Shown here: piece by piece, positions 42,724 through 53,204 of the stretch | How the letters are laid out: each line of letters begins with the position of its first letter | How positions within the stretch are numbered: the first letter of the stretch is position 1 | Assembly (NCBI GenBank): GCA_003279705.1 | Contig: QCGZ01000002.1 | Span: 91,266 to 155,265 of the forward strand | Length of the DNA: 64,000 bases | Origin: OCS116 cluster bacterium AG-390-I16 | Lineage (GTDB): Bacteria > Pseudomonadota > Alphaproteobacteria > MED-G09 | Reading direction: 5' to 3' | Made by a program: the position numbers and the translations under genes | Notes under the pieces: generated by a model | What the model was told of the DNA's origin: nothing | Seen by the model: the letters and a program-made list of their open reading frames with translations, nothing else | Databases searched by the model: none

Positions 42724-44079
42724 ATGATAAAAAAATTAATGAAAAAATTTATTAAAGAATCAAATCATTTTTTTAAGATAGGAATTCCAATTTTTGGATC
42801 CCAGCTTTCTTATATGATAATGCATACTACAGATACAATTGTATCTGGAAGATATAGTTCTGAAGAATTGGCTGGGCTTGTTCTAGCAGGTGCATTTACG
42901 TTTCCACTTTATATGCTATTTCAGGGTATTATGTTTGCTATTACCCCTATTGTGGCTCAATTGTATGGATCTAAAGAATTTACCAAAATAGGTCAAAAAA
43001 TGAGACAAATTTTTTGGATTGCAATACTGATTGCCTTTTCAATTTTCTTTATATTTTTGTTTTTAAGTAAAATTCTTTTATTTTTTCCACTAGATAAAAA
43101 TATTCTTTCAATTTCAGCTGAATATTTAAAAGCAGTATCAGTTGGAATGTTCTTTTATGTAATGTTTAGATATTTAAGTTCTTATAGTGAAGGAATGACA
43201 TTAACACTTCCTGTATTTTTTGTTGTTCTTATTGGTGCTCTAATAAACATTCCCTTAGATATTATATTTGCCTTTGGTTATTTTGGAATTCCTGAAATGG
43301 GAAGTGAGGGATGTGGTTACGCAACATCTATAGTCTCTATGATTATGTTTTTTTCAATGCTTAGGATTATTTTATCCTCAGAAAAATATAAAAAAACAGA
43401 ATTACTTAGAGAGTTTAACAGTCCATCTTTAAAGGTTAGTAAAGAAATTCTAAAACTTGGTGTTCCAATTGGTGTAGGGATATTTGCTGAAATGACTATG
43501 TTTTCAGGCGCTGCAATTATAATTGGTCAGCTTGGGGATAAAATTTTATCAGGCCACGCAGTGGCATTAAATATAGCAAGTATTCTCTTTATGCTTCCAT
43601 TAGCAATAGGTTTGGCTGGTTCAACTAGAGTTGGAAACCTTTTGGGGGAAAAAAGATTTTTAGATGCAAAATATTCTTCTTATGTAGGAGTTTCGCTATG
43701 CTTTATTGGAGCGTTATTTAATATGATAATATTATTAATTTTCAGGGAGAACTTTTCCTCAATATATTCAAAAGATATTGAGGTAATTAATGTTGCGATT
43801 TCTCTATTGTTTTATGCATCAATATTTCAAATACCTGATGGAATACAAATGGGTTCATTAGGCGCATTAAGAGGATATAAAGATACTTTTGCACCAATGG
43901 TATTTCTGCTTATATCTTATTGGATTTTTGCTATACCACTTGGTTACTTTTTAACAAATTATGGATTTGCAAAACCTTTAGGCGCAGAGGGTATGTGGAT
44001 TAGTATGATAATGGGTCTAATATTATTTTCTGTATTTATCTTTAATCGATTACGATTAGTCTCTTCAAAGTATATATAG
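42724..44079 (+). CDS. MATE-family multidrug/sodium efflux transporter (NorM-like)
   Basis: 451 aa, 12 TM. Two-fold MatE repeat pattern (IGIPIFGSQLSYMIMHTTDTIVSGRYS; LKLGVPIGVGIFAEMTMFSGAAIIIGQLG). Confidence 0.85.
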   Translation: MIKKLMKKFIKESNHFFKIGIPIFGSQLSYMIMHTTDTIVSGRYSSEELAGLVLAGAFTFPLYMLFQGIMFAITPIVAQLYGSKEFTKIGQKMRQIFWIAILIAFSIFFIFLFLSKILLFFPLDKNILSISAEYLKAVSVGMFFYVMFRYLSSYSEGMTLTLPVFFVVLIGALINIPLDIIFAFGYFGIPEMGSEGCGYATSIVSMIMFFSMLRIILSSEKYKKTELLREFNSPSLKVSKEILKLGVPIGVGIFAEMTMFSGAAIIIGQLGDKILSGHAVALNIASILFMLPLAIGLAGSTRVGNLLGEKRFLDAKYSSYVGVSLCFIGALFNMIILLIFRENFSSIYSKDIEVINVAISLLFYASIFQIPDGIQMGSLGALRGYKDTFAPMVFLLISYWIFAIPLGYFLTNYGFAKPLGAEGMWISMIMGLILFSVFIFNRLRLVSSKYI

Positions 44080-44121
44080 AAAAATGTAAACTAAAAAAAT
44101 AAAAATTCTAAGGTACAAATT

Positions 44122-45249
44122 ATGAAGAAATTAAATGAAAAAATTATATTTCCGTGCGGTATTTCTATGAAAAATCCTTTCATGCTGGCTCCCTTAACTA
44201 ATACACAAAGTTTTGAGGATGGTTGTTTATCGGATGATGAATTCAACTGGCTTGTTATGAGATCCAAAGGTGACTTTGGTATGACTATGTCTTGTGCATC
44301 ACATGTGCAAGAAATTGGAAAGGGTTTTCCAGGACAACTTGGAATTTTTGATGATGTTCATATTGAAGGTTTAAAAAGACTTACTGAAAAAATTAAATCT
44401 CATAACAGTCTAGCGGTAGCGCAACTTCATCACGCTGGAATGAGATCACCAGAAGATATAATTGGGGAGAAACCAGTCTGCCCCTCTGCCGATGATGAAA
44501 CAAATTCAAGAGCGTTAAGTTTAGATGAAGTAAAAAAACTTAGAGATGATTTTATATCCGCTGCAGTTAGAGCAAAAAAATCTGGTTATGATGGTGTAGA
44601 AATCCATGGAGCTCATGGTTATATCTTATGTCAATTTTTAAGTTCATCAATAAATAAAAGAGACGATGAATATGGAGGATCATTAGTAAACAGATCGAGA
44701 ATAATTTTTGAAATTATTAATGGTATTAGAGCTGAATGTGGAAAAAACTTCCTTTTAGGTGTTAGGCTTTCACCAGAAAGATTCGGCATGGATCTTGAGG
44801 AAATTAAGATAATTTGCGAACAATTAATTAATACTCAAAAAATTGATTTTATTGATATGTCTTTATGGGATTGTTTTAAATATCCAGCAAATTTTCGAAA
44901 AGATGATCCTGATCTAGAAAAAATAATGAATCCAGAAAAAGATAAAGAAAAATTAGAAAAAACACTTTTAGAACATTTCACAGAGTTAGATTTTAAAGAT
45001 GTTATGCTTACAGTTGCTGGAAATATTCGTACAGGCCAAGATGTTCAAAAAGTTATTAACTCTGGCGTAAATTTTGTTGCAATTGGTAGAGCCGCAATTG
45101 TTAATCATGACTTTCCAAAACTAGTAATAAATAATCCTGAATTTGAGCCCATAAACCTACCCGTCTCAAAGGATCACTTAAGAAAAGAAGGTGTTAGTGA
45201 AAAATTTATTGATTATCTAGGGTTTTTTAAAGGTTTTGTAAAAGATTAA
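44122..45249 (+). CDS. Old-Yellow-Enzyme-family NADH:flavin oxidoreductase
   Basis: 375 aa. AQLHHAG and GYDGVEIHGAHGYILCQFLSSSINKRDDEYGGSLVNR. Confidence 0.8.
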   Translation: MKKLNEKIIFPCGISMKNPFMLAPLTNTQSFEDGCLSDDEFNWLVMRSKGDFGMTMSCASHVQEIGKGFPGQLGIFDDVHIEGLKRLTEKIKSHNSLAVAQLHHAGMRSPEDIIGEKPVCPSADDETNSRALSLDEVKKLRDDFISAAVRAKKSGYDGVEIHGAHGYILCQFLSSSINKRDDEYGGSLVNRSRIIFEIINGIRAECGKNFLLGVRLSPERFGMDLEEIKIICEQLINTQKIDFIDMSLWDCFKYPANFRKDDPDLEKIMNPEKDKEKLEKTLLEHFTELDFKDVMLTVAGNIRTGQDVQKVINSGVNFVAIGRAAIVNHDFPKLVINNPEFEPINLPVSKDHLRKEGVSEKFIDYLGFFKGFVKD

Positions 45250-45257
45250 TTCATAAT

Positions 45258-45749
45258 TTAATTGGTACCCATACCTGTTAATGTGTGTTTAATAATCTTC
45301 CAATCTTTTTGTTTAATCATATGAGTTTCATAATAACCCCAAAATGTCGTAGATACTTCTGGTTTATCTGCATAATAATGAATTGCTCGTAAATCAGTTC
45401 TGACAATAGCCACTTTTCCATCAAAAGAAATCATTGGATTTCCAAGCATATGTTGAGTGTTCCTAAAAATGCTTATCTCTTTATCAACATATTTAACCCA
45501 ATTATTTGCTCCTTTTATATATACATTATTATCAGTTCCAAAATTTGGTGTATAAATTATATTAACTTCTACATTTTCAGAAAAAATTGACCTGAAAAGA
45601 GAGAAATCTTTAGTATCAATTCCGATAGCATATTTATTCATTACATCTATTATTTCAAATCTTGTCTCAGCATCAATATTTTTTGAATATACGCTAAAAT
45701 TTATGACTATAAATAATAAAAAGGTAAAAGCTAAAAAGTAATTTTTCAT
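45258..45749 (-). CDS. Secreted NTF2/SnoaL-like protein (paralogue A)
   Basis: Signal peptide. FEIIDVMNKYAIGIDTKDFSLFRSIFSENVEVNIIY ... WKIIKHTLT. Clear paralogue of 47324-47824. Confidence 0.55.
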   Translation of the reverse strand: MKNYFLAFTFLLFIVINFSVYSKNIDAETRFEIIDVMNKYAIGIDTKDFSLFRSIFSENVEVNIIYTPNFGTDNNVYIKGANNWVKYVDKEISIFRNTQHMLGNPMISFDGKVAIVRTDLRAIHYYADKPEVSTTFWGYYETHMIKQKDWKIIKHTLTGMGTN

Positions 45750-45842
45750 ATAAAACTCCTATTTAAATAATTTATCCATAAGTCCAAAGAAAGTCCAAAG
45801 AATTGGATAACTTTAATAAAAGAAAGATATAAGTTTTTTAGA

Positions 45843-45919
<77 letters not shown>

Positions 45920-45970
45920 ACAAATAATTTATACATTAAAAATTTAATATGAAAAATATGTTCTTTTTAA

Positions 45971-46228
45971 TTACTGAATACTTTCTTCAATAACCTCTTT
46001 TTTATTTTTATAATATCCCCTTAAACCAATAACAGTATGAATAATATTAACTAATACAAAGGCGTACAAATCTAAAAAGATAAATAAAATTGCACCAGAT
46101 AAACGCCCAAGAGCTGTAACAATATATCCGCTTAAACGAGTATTATGTTTGGTTGAGCTTACAAGAGCAACTCCTAGAAGACTTATAACAACCACCACCC
46201 ATTGACCATACAAAACAAAATCATTCAT
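45971..46228 (-). CDS. Small membrane protein, function unknown
   Basis: 85 aa, 2-3 TM. Good SD (AAGGTGA) 4-5 nt upstream of the ATG. Confidence 0.4.
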   Translation of the reverse strand: MNDFVLYGQWVVVVISLLGVALVSSTKHNTRLSGYIVTALGRLSGAILFIFLDLYAFVLVNIIHTVIGLRGYYKNKKEVIEESIQ

Positions 46229-46512
46229 ATTCTCACCTTTTAAAAATTAAAAAAATACCAGTTAAATAATGATAAAATACACCAAATAAAAAAAATAAAG
46301 AAAATAACAATTATTATGAAATTTGCGATTCCATCTGCAATAAACCTTATACAATTCCATACAAACTGAGAGATTTTTTTAATAAAATTTAACATAAATG
46401 AATATTTCAATTTATTGATTATTTAAACAAGAGAAATAAAAAATTTGTTCTTTTGCGAATACACTTATAATCTTCATATAAATTCTTAATAAAAATAATA
46501 ATGGAGAATTAA

Positions 46513-46602
46513 ATGCAAAACGATCTCAAATGGATTTTAGGAATACTCTTTTTTCTTTTTGGTCCAGCTATCGGAATAGTAATGCTATATGTGAATTTCT
46601 AA
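46513..46602 (+). CDS. Possible 29-aa hydrophobic peptide
   Basis: MQNDLKWILGILFFLFGPAIGIVMLYVNF, preceded by GGAGA 5 nt upstream. Below the track cut-off. Confidence 0.3.
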   Translation: MQNDLKWILGILFFLFGPAIGIVMLYVNF

Positions 46603-46646
46603 ATTAGTTTATTTGATATTTCAATCATATGAGTTAATTTATTCAA

Positions 46647-46850
46647 ATGAGAGAATACCCTAAGAGACCGAACCCTAAGACGGGTAAAAATTTTAAAAGG
46701 GGTGACTGGAATATTGCAAAAACAAAACGTTTTTTATTTTATGAAGTAAAAAAATTAGGAAGAGATAAGAAACATGCTCTCGAAAAATGGGCAATACCAA
46801 AAATATATTACAAATATTTAAAAAATACTGAAAAACGTAAATCAGTTTAA
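46647..46850 (+). CDS. Small basic hypothetical protein
   Basis: 67-aa Lys/Arg-rich ORF with no recognisable motif. Confidence 0.25.
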   Translation: MREYPKRPNPKTGKNFKRGDWNIAKTKRFLFYEVKKLGRDKKHALEKWAIPKIYYKYLKNTEKRKSV

Positions 46851-47302
46851 GAAAAATTTTTTAGTGAAAAATCTTCATCAGGTATTAATTGTTTACTATC
46901 ACCCCACAAAGAACTATTTGCTAATGAGCTATCAAAAGCCTCAATTAAACGAATAATTTTTCCTTCTTCTATTGTCATAATATGTAAGTATATCTGATTA
47001 TAAGGTTTACCGTTTAGGGCAATTCCATCGTTTTGTGCCATAGAAATTATTGTATTATTAAAAGAATTTATAATTTTAAAATTTTTACAAAAAACTATTT
47101 CTTCGGGATTTACGCAGGAAAAAACAAGGGGAAGAACCTCCTCCATAAATCTTTTTTTTCCTTTATAATGACCAGATAATACACCATTTTCCATAGGGAC
47201 AATTAATTCAAACTCACTACTTAGTAAACTTTCAATTACCTCAATCTCTCCATTGGAAATACTAGTATAAAATTTTTCTGCAATGTCTTTGATTTGCTTC
47301 AT
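46847..47302 (-). CDS. SnoaL/ketosteroid-isomerase-like NTF2-fold protein (cytoplasmic)
   Basis: 151 aa. IAEKFYTSISNGEIEVIESLLSSEFELIVP ... EEGKIIRLIEAFD pattern. Confidence 0.5.
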   Translation of the reverse strand: MKQIKDIAEKFYTSISNGEIEVIESLLSSEFELIVPMENGVLSGHYKGKKRFMEEVLPLVFSCVNPEEIVFCKNFKIINSFNNTIISMAQNDGIALNGKPYNQIYLHIMTIEEGKIIRLIEAFDSSLANSSLWGDSKQLIPDEDFSLKNFS

Positions 47303-47323
47303 ATGAATTAATTTATTAAAAGT

Positions 47324-47824
47324 TTAATTTGAGCCAATACTTGTCAAAGTATGTTTGATAATTTTCCATGAACCATCTTTATTAACCATATGAGTATCGT
47401 AGTACCCCCATAGAGTAGTTTTTTCATTATTTTTATCTTTATAGTAATGCGTAGCCTGAAGGTCTGTTCTTGCCTTTGCAACACCGTTTTTAAATTTGAT
47501 TAATGGATTTCCGAGCATGTGTTGTGTACTTTTATATTCGCTAATCGCCTTTTCAACATATTGAACCCAAGAATCTATTCCATCAAAAGAAACTGGCTCG
47601 CCAGATCTAAAGCTTGGATCATAAATAATATTAACTTCTACGTTGTCATCAAAAATTGATCTAAAAAGATCATAGTTTTTGGTATCTATTCCTTTTGCAT
47701 AGTTATTCATTACATCGATAATTTCAAATTTATCATTTGCAGATAGATCGCCTGCCATCGTATTCCCCATTGTTTGAGTTAAAAAAACTAATGTTAATAA
47801 TATTTTTTTTAAAGTTAAAGCCAT
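47324..47824 (-). CDS. Secreted NTF2/SnoaL-like protein (paralogue B)
   Basis: Signal peptide. FEIIDVMNNYAKGIDTKNYDLFRSIFDDNVEVNIIY ... STQHMLGNPLI ... WKIIKHTLT. Aligns end to end with 45258-45749. Confidence 0.55.
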   Translation of the reverse strand: MALTLKKILLTLVFLTQTMGNTMAGDLSANDKFEIIDVMNNYAKGIDTKNYDLFRSIFDDNVEVNIIYDPSFRSGEPVSFDGIDSWVQYVEKAISEYKSTQHMLGNPLIKFKNGVAKARTDLQATHYYKDKNNEKTTLWGYYDTHMVNKDGSWKIIKHTLTSIGSN

Positions 47825-47864
47825 GAAAACACCCTTTTAGATATATTTTTAAATATATTTTAAA

Positions 47865-48323
47865 TTAAAAAAGACTACCATTATTATTAAACCAATCAAG
47901 AATATATTCATTTACATCCCTTATATCTTTTTCATTAATTGAGAAGTTTTTTACCGACATACCTCTTTCATGAATTGTATTTTTATCTCCAGATACTAAA
48001 TGGTGCCAATCAGGTAAGTCATCATTATTTAACACAAGTTTGTATGAACATGTATTGGGCAACCAATTGATTTTGTCAATTGTTTCTGGGGTTAGCTTAA
48101 TACAGTCTTTTACATTTTTATGACGGTGTTTGTAGTCCATACATCCGCAAGTTTTAAGGTCTAGATACATACAGCTAACATTTGAAACTGAAATCTCTCC
48201 AGTATCAATATCCTCCAATTTATGAAGACAGCACTTTCCACAGCCGTCACATAATGACTCCCATTCATCATTTGTCATTTGTTTTAAAGTTTTGGACTTC
48301 CAAAAATTTTCTTTTTCTATCAT
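47865..48323 (-). CDS. YcgN-family (UPF0260) Cys-cluster protein
   Basis: FWKSKTLKQMTNDEWESLCDGCGKCCLHKLEDIDTGE...C..LD..TC.C.DY matches the YcgN family. Confidence 0.8.
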   Translation of the reverse strand: MIEKENFWKSKTLKQMTNDEWESLCDGCGKCCLHKLEDIDTGEISVSNVSCMYLDLKTCGCMDYKHRHKNVKDCIKLTPETIDKINWLPNTCSYKLVLNNDDLPDWHHLVSGDKNTIHERGMSVKNFSINEKDIRDVNEYILDWFNNNGSLF

Positions 48324-48403
48324 TCTTTAATAATATACAAACTAGGACTAAAAGAAAATAACTCTTAATAGACAACTAAAATCTTATTATTTAAAACTAA
48401 ATT

Positions 48404-48814
48404 ATGAAAAAATTTATGCTATTCATTGCTATTTCTGCCTTAATATTCTCCAGTAAAATAGCTAATGCTGAATGGTCAATGTATGGAGAAACCGAATCTG
48501 GGTATCATTTTATTGATCTAAATAACACAAGTTCAGATGATAGGTATGTCTATTATTGGATACTTACTGATTATAAAGAACCACAAAAAAATAATGTTAT
48601 TGATGATAGTTTTTTATCAAAAAAAGTATACAAACAAACAGATTGTAAGAGGTTCAGAACTAGTGCATCTGAAATCATTATTTACAGTAAAAAAATGTCT
48701 GAAGGAAAAATTATTGTAAAAGAAAAATACAATGAAAGCAGTTTTTCAACGCCTAATTTTGACTCAATAGGTTTTGAAGAGCTTGAAGTAATTTGCAATT
48801 ATATTAATAACTAG
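48404..48814 (+). CDS. Secreted hypothetical protein
   Basis: 136 aa with a signal peptide (ALIFSSKIANA). EW....E.....FIDL......D.YVYYW pattern is vaguely adhesin-E-like. Not assignable. Confidence 0.4.
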   Translation: MKKFMLFIAISALIFSSKIANAEWSMYGETESGYHFIDLNNTSSDDRYVYYWILTDYKEPQKNNVIDDSFLSKKVYKQTDCKRFRTSASEIIIYSKKMSEGKIIVKEKYNESSFSTPNFDSIGFEELEVICNYINN

Positions 48815-48815
48815 A

Positions 48816-49043
48816 TTATTTTTTTTCTTGATCAGAATTTAAAACATGGTCAACGGAAAATTCTGCACCAAAACTTTCATCTCCGTATGAGTCATTTTCC
48901 ATATTATTATCCCCTAAAAAACCCTCAACAAAATGCCATCCAGCCTCTAAAATTTTATTCACATTCCCCTCTTTGTTTTTATTATCTTTAAACGTTACCC
49001 GAGTCTTAAAAAATTCCAAATAAAATATTATCTCATGAAACAA
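48816..49043 (-). CDS. Hypothetical protein
   Basis: 75-aa ORF with no motif. Confidence 0.25.
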   Translation of the reverse strand: MFHEIIFYLEFFKTRVTFKDNKNKEGNVNKILEAGWHFVEGFLGDNNMENDSYGDESFGAEFSVDHVLNSDQEKK

Positions 49044-49061
49044 AGTTGTCTAGATAAATTT

Positions 49062-49427
49062 TTATTTTGATAAGATTTCCAAAATATTATTAAGCCTTTC
49101 TAGAACCTCATCTTTATTTTTAAAGGTAGGTTTTTCCTCAGGTACTGGGGTTGTATATTCATTATCACTAGACTTAATATTATCAATTTTTGAATTAAGC
49201 TTTTCATTTACTTGCTTAATACTTAATCCGTCATTTTTTAAGAAATTTTTAATTTTTAATAAAAGTTTAATATCTTCAGGTTTGTAAAATCTTCTACCAC
49301 CTGGTCGTTTGATAAGCTTAACTTGTTTAAATTTTGTTTCCCAAAAACGTAAAACATATGTTGGAACTCCTATTTCACTAGAAGCCTCACCTATTGTTCT
49401 ATATGCCTCAGGACTTTTTTTTATCAT
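49062..49427 (-). CDS. MerR-family transcriptional regulator
   Basis: YRTIGEASSEIGVPTYVLRFWETKF is the MerR HTH. Lies downstream of ihfA, as commonly seen in Alphaproteobacteria. Confidence 0.8.
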   Translation of the reverse strand: MIKKSPEAYRTIGEASSEIGVPTYVLRFWETKFKQVKLIKRPGGRRFYKPEDIKLLLKIKNFLKNDGLSIKQVNEKLNSKIDNIKSSDNEYTTPVPEEKPTFKNKDEVLERLNNILEILSK

Positions 49428-49441
49428 TTACTATTTTTTTT

Positions 49442-49732
49442 CTAATCATTAATGACCTTGTTTTTAAGTTCTTTACTAGCTCTAAAAACCACAACTCGTC
49501 TTGCATTAATTACCGCTTCCTCTTTTGTTTTAGGGTTACGACCAATTCTTTGCTTCTTATCCCTGACCATAAAGCTTCCAAAAGAAGATAATTTAACACT
49601 TTTACCATCAATTAATTCTAAGATTATCTCTTCAAAAATTTGATCTACAATATCTGATGATTCAACTTTAGAAATTCCTACTTTTGAATATATTGCCTCT
49701 GCTAAATCTGCCCTGGTTAAAGTTTTGTTCAT
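49442..49732 (-). CDS. ihfA: Integration host factor subunit alpha
   Basis: LTRADLAEAIYSKVGISKVESSDIVDQIFEEI...VKLSSFGSFMVRDKKQRIGRNPKTKEE. Confidence 0.9.
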   Translation of the reverse strand: MNKTLTRADLAEAIYSKVGISKVESSDIVDQIFEEIILELIDGKSVKLSSFGSFMVRDKKQRIGRNPKTKEEAVINARRVVVFRASKELKNKVIND

Positions 49733-49788
49733 TTTCTAAATTCCCTATATTGTATAAAACTCTTTTTAAATAAAAAAATCAAGGACTT

Positions 49789-50766
49789 CTACCACCTAAT
49801 TAATGTAGATCCCCAGCTAAATCCACCACCCATGGCCTCTAATAGAACTAAGTCGCCCTTTTTAATCTTACCCTCTTGAACTGCATCAAATAAAGCTAGA
49901 GGAATAGAGGCAGCAGATGTATTTGCATGCTTTTGAACTGTAATTATTATTTTATCTTCACTAAGTCCAACTTTTTTTGCAACAGAATCAAGAATTCTTA
50001 TATTTGCTTGATGAGGTACAAACCAATCAATATCATCAACCTTTAAATCGTTATAATCTAAAGCCTCTTCTATTACAGATGATATGTTTTTAACCGCATG
50101 TTTAAAAACACCCTGACCATCCATTCTTAAATAACCAACATTGGTTGATGTCGATGGACCACCGTCCACATATAATAAATCACCATACCTACCATCAGAA
50201 TGTAAATGATTACTTAAGATTCCTCTTTCAGATCCTTCAGACGAAGACAAAACGACAGCACCCGCACCATCACCGAATAAAACACATGTTCCCCTATCAT
50301 CCCAATCTAAAATTCTACTGAAAGTCTCAGAACCTATAACAAGAGCATTTTTAACATTACCAGCCTTGATTGCATTATCAGCCGCCTCTAAAGCAAAAAC
50401 AAACCCTGAGCATACTGCCTGCATATCATAAGCATAGCACTTATCTATGCCCAATGATGATTGAATAACAGTTGCTGATGCAGGAAAAGTATTATCTGGT
50501 GTAGCCGTCGCTAAAATAATTAAGTCGATATCTTTATTTTTAAGGTTTGCATTTTGTAAAGCAATTTTTGCTGCCTCAGTTCCCAGGGATGATGTAGTTT
50601 CATTGTCTGATGCAATTCTTCTTTCTTGAATTCCTGTCCTTTCAACTATCCACTCTTCGGTAGTATCCACTATTTTGGTAAGATCTTTATTTGTAACGAT
50701 TTTTTTTGGAAGCGAAGCACCAATTCCTGTAACAACTGATTGATATAATTTAATCTCTTGATTCAT
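49789..50766 (-). CDS. fabH: 3-oxoacyl-ACP synthase III
   Basis: 325 aa. Active-site Cys context [30 protein letters not shown]. Confidence 0.95.
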   Translation of the reverse strand: MNQEIKLYQSVVTGIGASLPKKIVTNKDLTKIVDTTEEWIVERTGIQERRIASDNETTSSLGTEAAKIALQNANLKNKDIDLIILATATPDNTFPASATVIQSSLGIDKCYAYDMQAVCSGFVFALEAADNAIKAGNVKNALVIGSETFSRILDWDDRGTCVLFGDGAGAVVLSSSEGSERGILSNHLHSDGRYGDLLYVDGGPSTSTNVGYLRMDGQGVFKHAVKNISSVIEEALDYNDLKVDDIDWFVPHQANIRILDSVAKKVGLSEDKIIITVQKHANTSAASIPLALFDAVQEGKIKKGDLVLLEAMGGGFSWGSTLIRW

Positions 50767-51775
50767 AATCTTTTTTCTTTGCTATAAGTTTTTTAGTTTC
50801 ACTTGAAATATTAGATTGAGATAGCTTTGTACTAAATTCAATTGCTTTTGAAAACCCAAGAATATCTGAGCCTCCATGACTTTTAACTACTAGGCCATTT
50901 AGACCTAAAAAAACGCCTCCGTTTAATTCTCTTGGGTCCATTTTATCTTTAAGGGCTCTGAAGGCATTTTTGCCTATTAAATAACCTAATTTACCCCTTA
51001 TAGAACTAGCAAAAACATCAGCTATAAAATGGCCAATTAATCTAGCGGTTCCTTCAGCGGTTTTTAAAGCAATGTTTCCAGTAAAACCATCAGTTATAAC
51101 TACATCGGATTTACCTAGAGATAGATTATCACCTTCTACATAACCAATGTAATCTTTTGGGAAAAGATCTTTCATTTTTAAAGATGCCTCTTGAATTATT
51201 TCTGTTCCTTTCATTTCTTCGTGACCAATATTTAATAAACCTATCGTCGGATTATCTTTATCAAATACACTTTTTGCGTAGGAATATCCAAGGATACCAA
51301 ATTGGACTAATTGATCAGATGTTACTTCTATATTTGCACCTAAATCTAAAACTACAGAATAATTAGATTTATTTGGCCATAAACTTGATATTGCAGCTCT
51401 TTCAATGCCATCAATGGTTCTTAATATTATTGTTGACAACCCCATTAAAGCACCAGTATTTCCTGAAGATATCGCAACATCTGCCTTACCTTCAGAAACG
51501 GCATTGACACAGCCCCACATAGAGGACTCCTTGCCAACCCTTCTTATCGCATCTATTGGCTTAGTATCCATTTCAACAACTTTATTGCAGTGAATAACCT
51601 CTACTTTATCAATTGGATAATTTCTATTTTTGAGTTTCTCTTTAATTAAACTCTCATCACCAAAAAGAATTACAGATAATTCTTTTTGATTTTTAAGCGC
51701 CAAACAAGCACCATCAATGGTTACATCGAGGCCATGATCTCCACCCATTGCATCTATTGAAACTATTTTACCCAA
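50750..51775 (-). CDS. plsX: Phosphate acyltransferase PlsX
   Basis: 341 aa. [18 protein letters not shown] and [13 protein letters not shown] motifs. Confidence 0.95.
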   Translation of the reverse strand: MGKIVSIDAMGGDHGLDVTIDGACLALKNQKELSVILFGDESLIKEKLKNRNYPIDKVEVIHCNKVVEMDTKPIDAIRRVGKESSMWGCVNAVSEGKADVAISSGNTGALMGLSTIILRTIDGIERAAISSLWPNKSNYSVVLDLGANIEVTSDQLVQFGILGYSYAKSVFDKDNPTIGLLNIGHEEMKGTEIIQEASLKMKDLFPKDYIGYVEGDNLSLGKSDVVITDGFTGNIALKTAEGTARLIGHFIADVFASSIRGKLGYLIGKNAFRALKDKMDPRELNGGVFLGLNGLVVKSHGGSDILGFSKAIEFSTKLSQSNISSETKKLIAKKKDYESRD

Positions 51776-51793
51776 ACCAAGACCTCAAAATAA

Positions 51794-52357
51794 CTAAAAA
51801 CCATCAACAGAAAGTTCTAAAATTTCACCTATTGATTTATTACTGTATTTGTTAACTTTTTGAATAACAAAATCATATAACTCACTAGCAAAAATTTCTT
51901 TAGGAGCATCTTCAGGCCAAATATTACGAACAAGACAGTTTATAAATTCATTTTTATTATCAAAATTCAAATCATACATTTTTGTTCTTCCATAAAAAGA
52001 CTCTATGACAACTTTCATTTTTTTGCTAAATGATTGATCACTAATTCCCATTTCTCTGTATGATGATTCTACTTCAAGCATAAATATATCAAATAATTTT
52101 TGTGTAAAATTTTTATTCTCCTCACTTGAATTTTTAAAAATTTTTATGATTATAAAAATATGAAGAATTATTAAATCAAACCTTCCATCAAGTGTATCTG
52201 GAACCATTATTTTTTCATAAAAACGCCTTTCATATGATGAATTAAGGATTCTTTTGTATAAAACACCATGAGGTGATGAATAATCAGGGTTAGGACTATA
52301 AAAATTTTTTATATATGAAATTATTTTTTTAAACATTTTAATCACTAAGATTGACAA
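51794..52357 (-). CDS. Ubiquinol-cytochrome c chaperone (Cbp3-like) family protein
   Basis: FYEKIMVPDTLDGRFDLIILHIFIIIKIF matches the Ubiq_cyt_C_chap pattern. Confidence 0.65.
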   Translation of the reverse strand: MSILVIKMFKKIISYIKNFYSPNPDYSSPHGVLYKRILNSSYERRFYEKIMVPDTLDGRFDLIILHIFIIIKIFKNSSEENKNFTQKLFDIFMLEVESSYREMGISDQSFSKKMKVVIESFYGRTKMYDLNFDNKNEFINCLVRNIWPEDAPKEIFASELYDFVIQKVNKYSNKSIGEILELSVDGF

Positions 52358-52414
52358 ATATAATAGAAAATATCATTTCTATAATTTAATATAATTAAAT
52401 GGTAACTTTATTTA

Positions 52415-52864
52415 ATGAAATATGTAATTAAAAAATATTTATTTATTGCTCTAGTTTTTCTATCAGCATCGTGTTCACCTATTGTAGAAAATAGGGGCTA
52501 TGTTTTTGATGAAAAACTTTTAGACCAAATAAAAGTTAACGAGACAATTTCAAACGATGTCATGGATATTTTAGGATCACCATCAACTACTTCAGCAATT
52601 GATGCTTCGACCTGGTATTATATATATAGTAAGGCTGAAACAGTTGCATTTTATCATCCCACGGTAACAAACAGAAGAGTTTTGGCAGTATCCTTTGGTG
52701 ATGATAATAAAGTAAATAATTTAAAATATTATGGATTAGAAGAAGGAAAAATTATATCATATGTGGATAGAACGACACCTACCAGAGGAAGAGAGCTTAC
52801 AGTACTTCAGCAGCTCTTTGGGAATCTTGGTCGTTTAGGAGCAGGTAGTTTACCTGGAAATTAA
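52415..52864 (+). CDS. bamE: Outer-membrane assembly lipoprotein BamE (SmpA/OmlA)
   Basis: Lipobox LSASC. RGYVFDEKLLDQIKVNETISNDVMDILGSPSTTS....WYYIYSK. Confidence 0.7.
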   Translation: MKYVIKKYLFIALVFLSASCSPIVENRGYVFDEKLLDQIKVNETISNDVMDILGSPSTTSAIDASTWYYIYSKAETVAFYHPTVTNRRVLAVSFGDDNKVNNLKYYGLEEGKIISYVDRTTPTRGRELTVLQQLFGNLGRLGAGSLPGN

Positions 52865-53199
52865 TGACACAAACAAATAACATATCAATAAGCAAAAAAG
52901 CTGCTGATAAAATTAATAATATTATTATTTCTGAAAAAAAAGATTTAATGCTTAAAATTTCTGTACTTGGTGGAGGTTGTGCTGGCTTTTCTTATAAGTT
53001 CGATCTTGTTAATAATTCTGAGCAAGGTGATATTATTATTGAGGAACATGGAGCAAAAGTAATAATTGATGAGGTTTCAATTCCTTATGTTCAAGGATCT
53101 GTAATTGATTATAAAAATGATTTAATTGGTCAATCTTTTGAAATAAAAAATCCTAACGCAACATCTGAATGTGGTTGCGGTACATCTTTTTCATTGTAA
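52864..53199 (+). CDS. erpA: A-type Fe-S cluster insertion/carrier protein (ErpA/IscA family)
   Basis: 111 aa. GGGCAGFSYKFDL ... C-terminal CGCGTSF. Confidence 0.85.
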   Translation: MTQTNNISISKKAADKINNIIISEKKDLMLKISVLGGGCAGFSYKFDLVNNSEQGDIIIEEHGAKVIIDEVSIPYVQGSVIDYKNDLIGQSFEIKNPNATSECGCGTSFSL

Positions 53200-53204
53200 A
53201 TATC

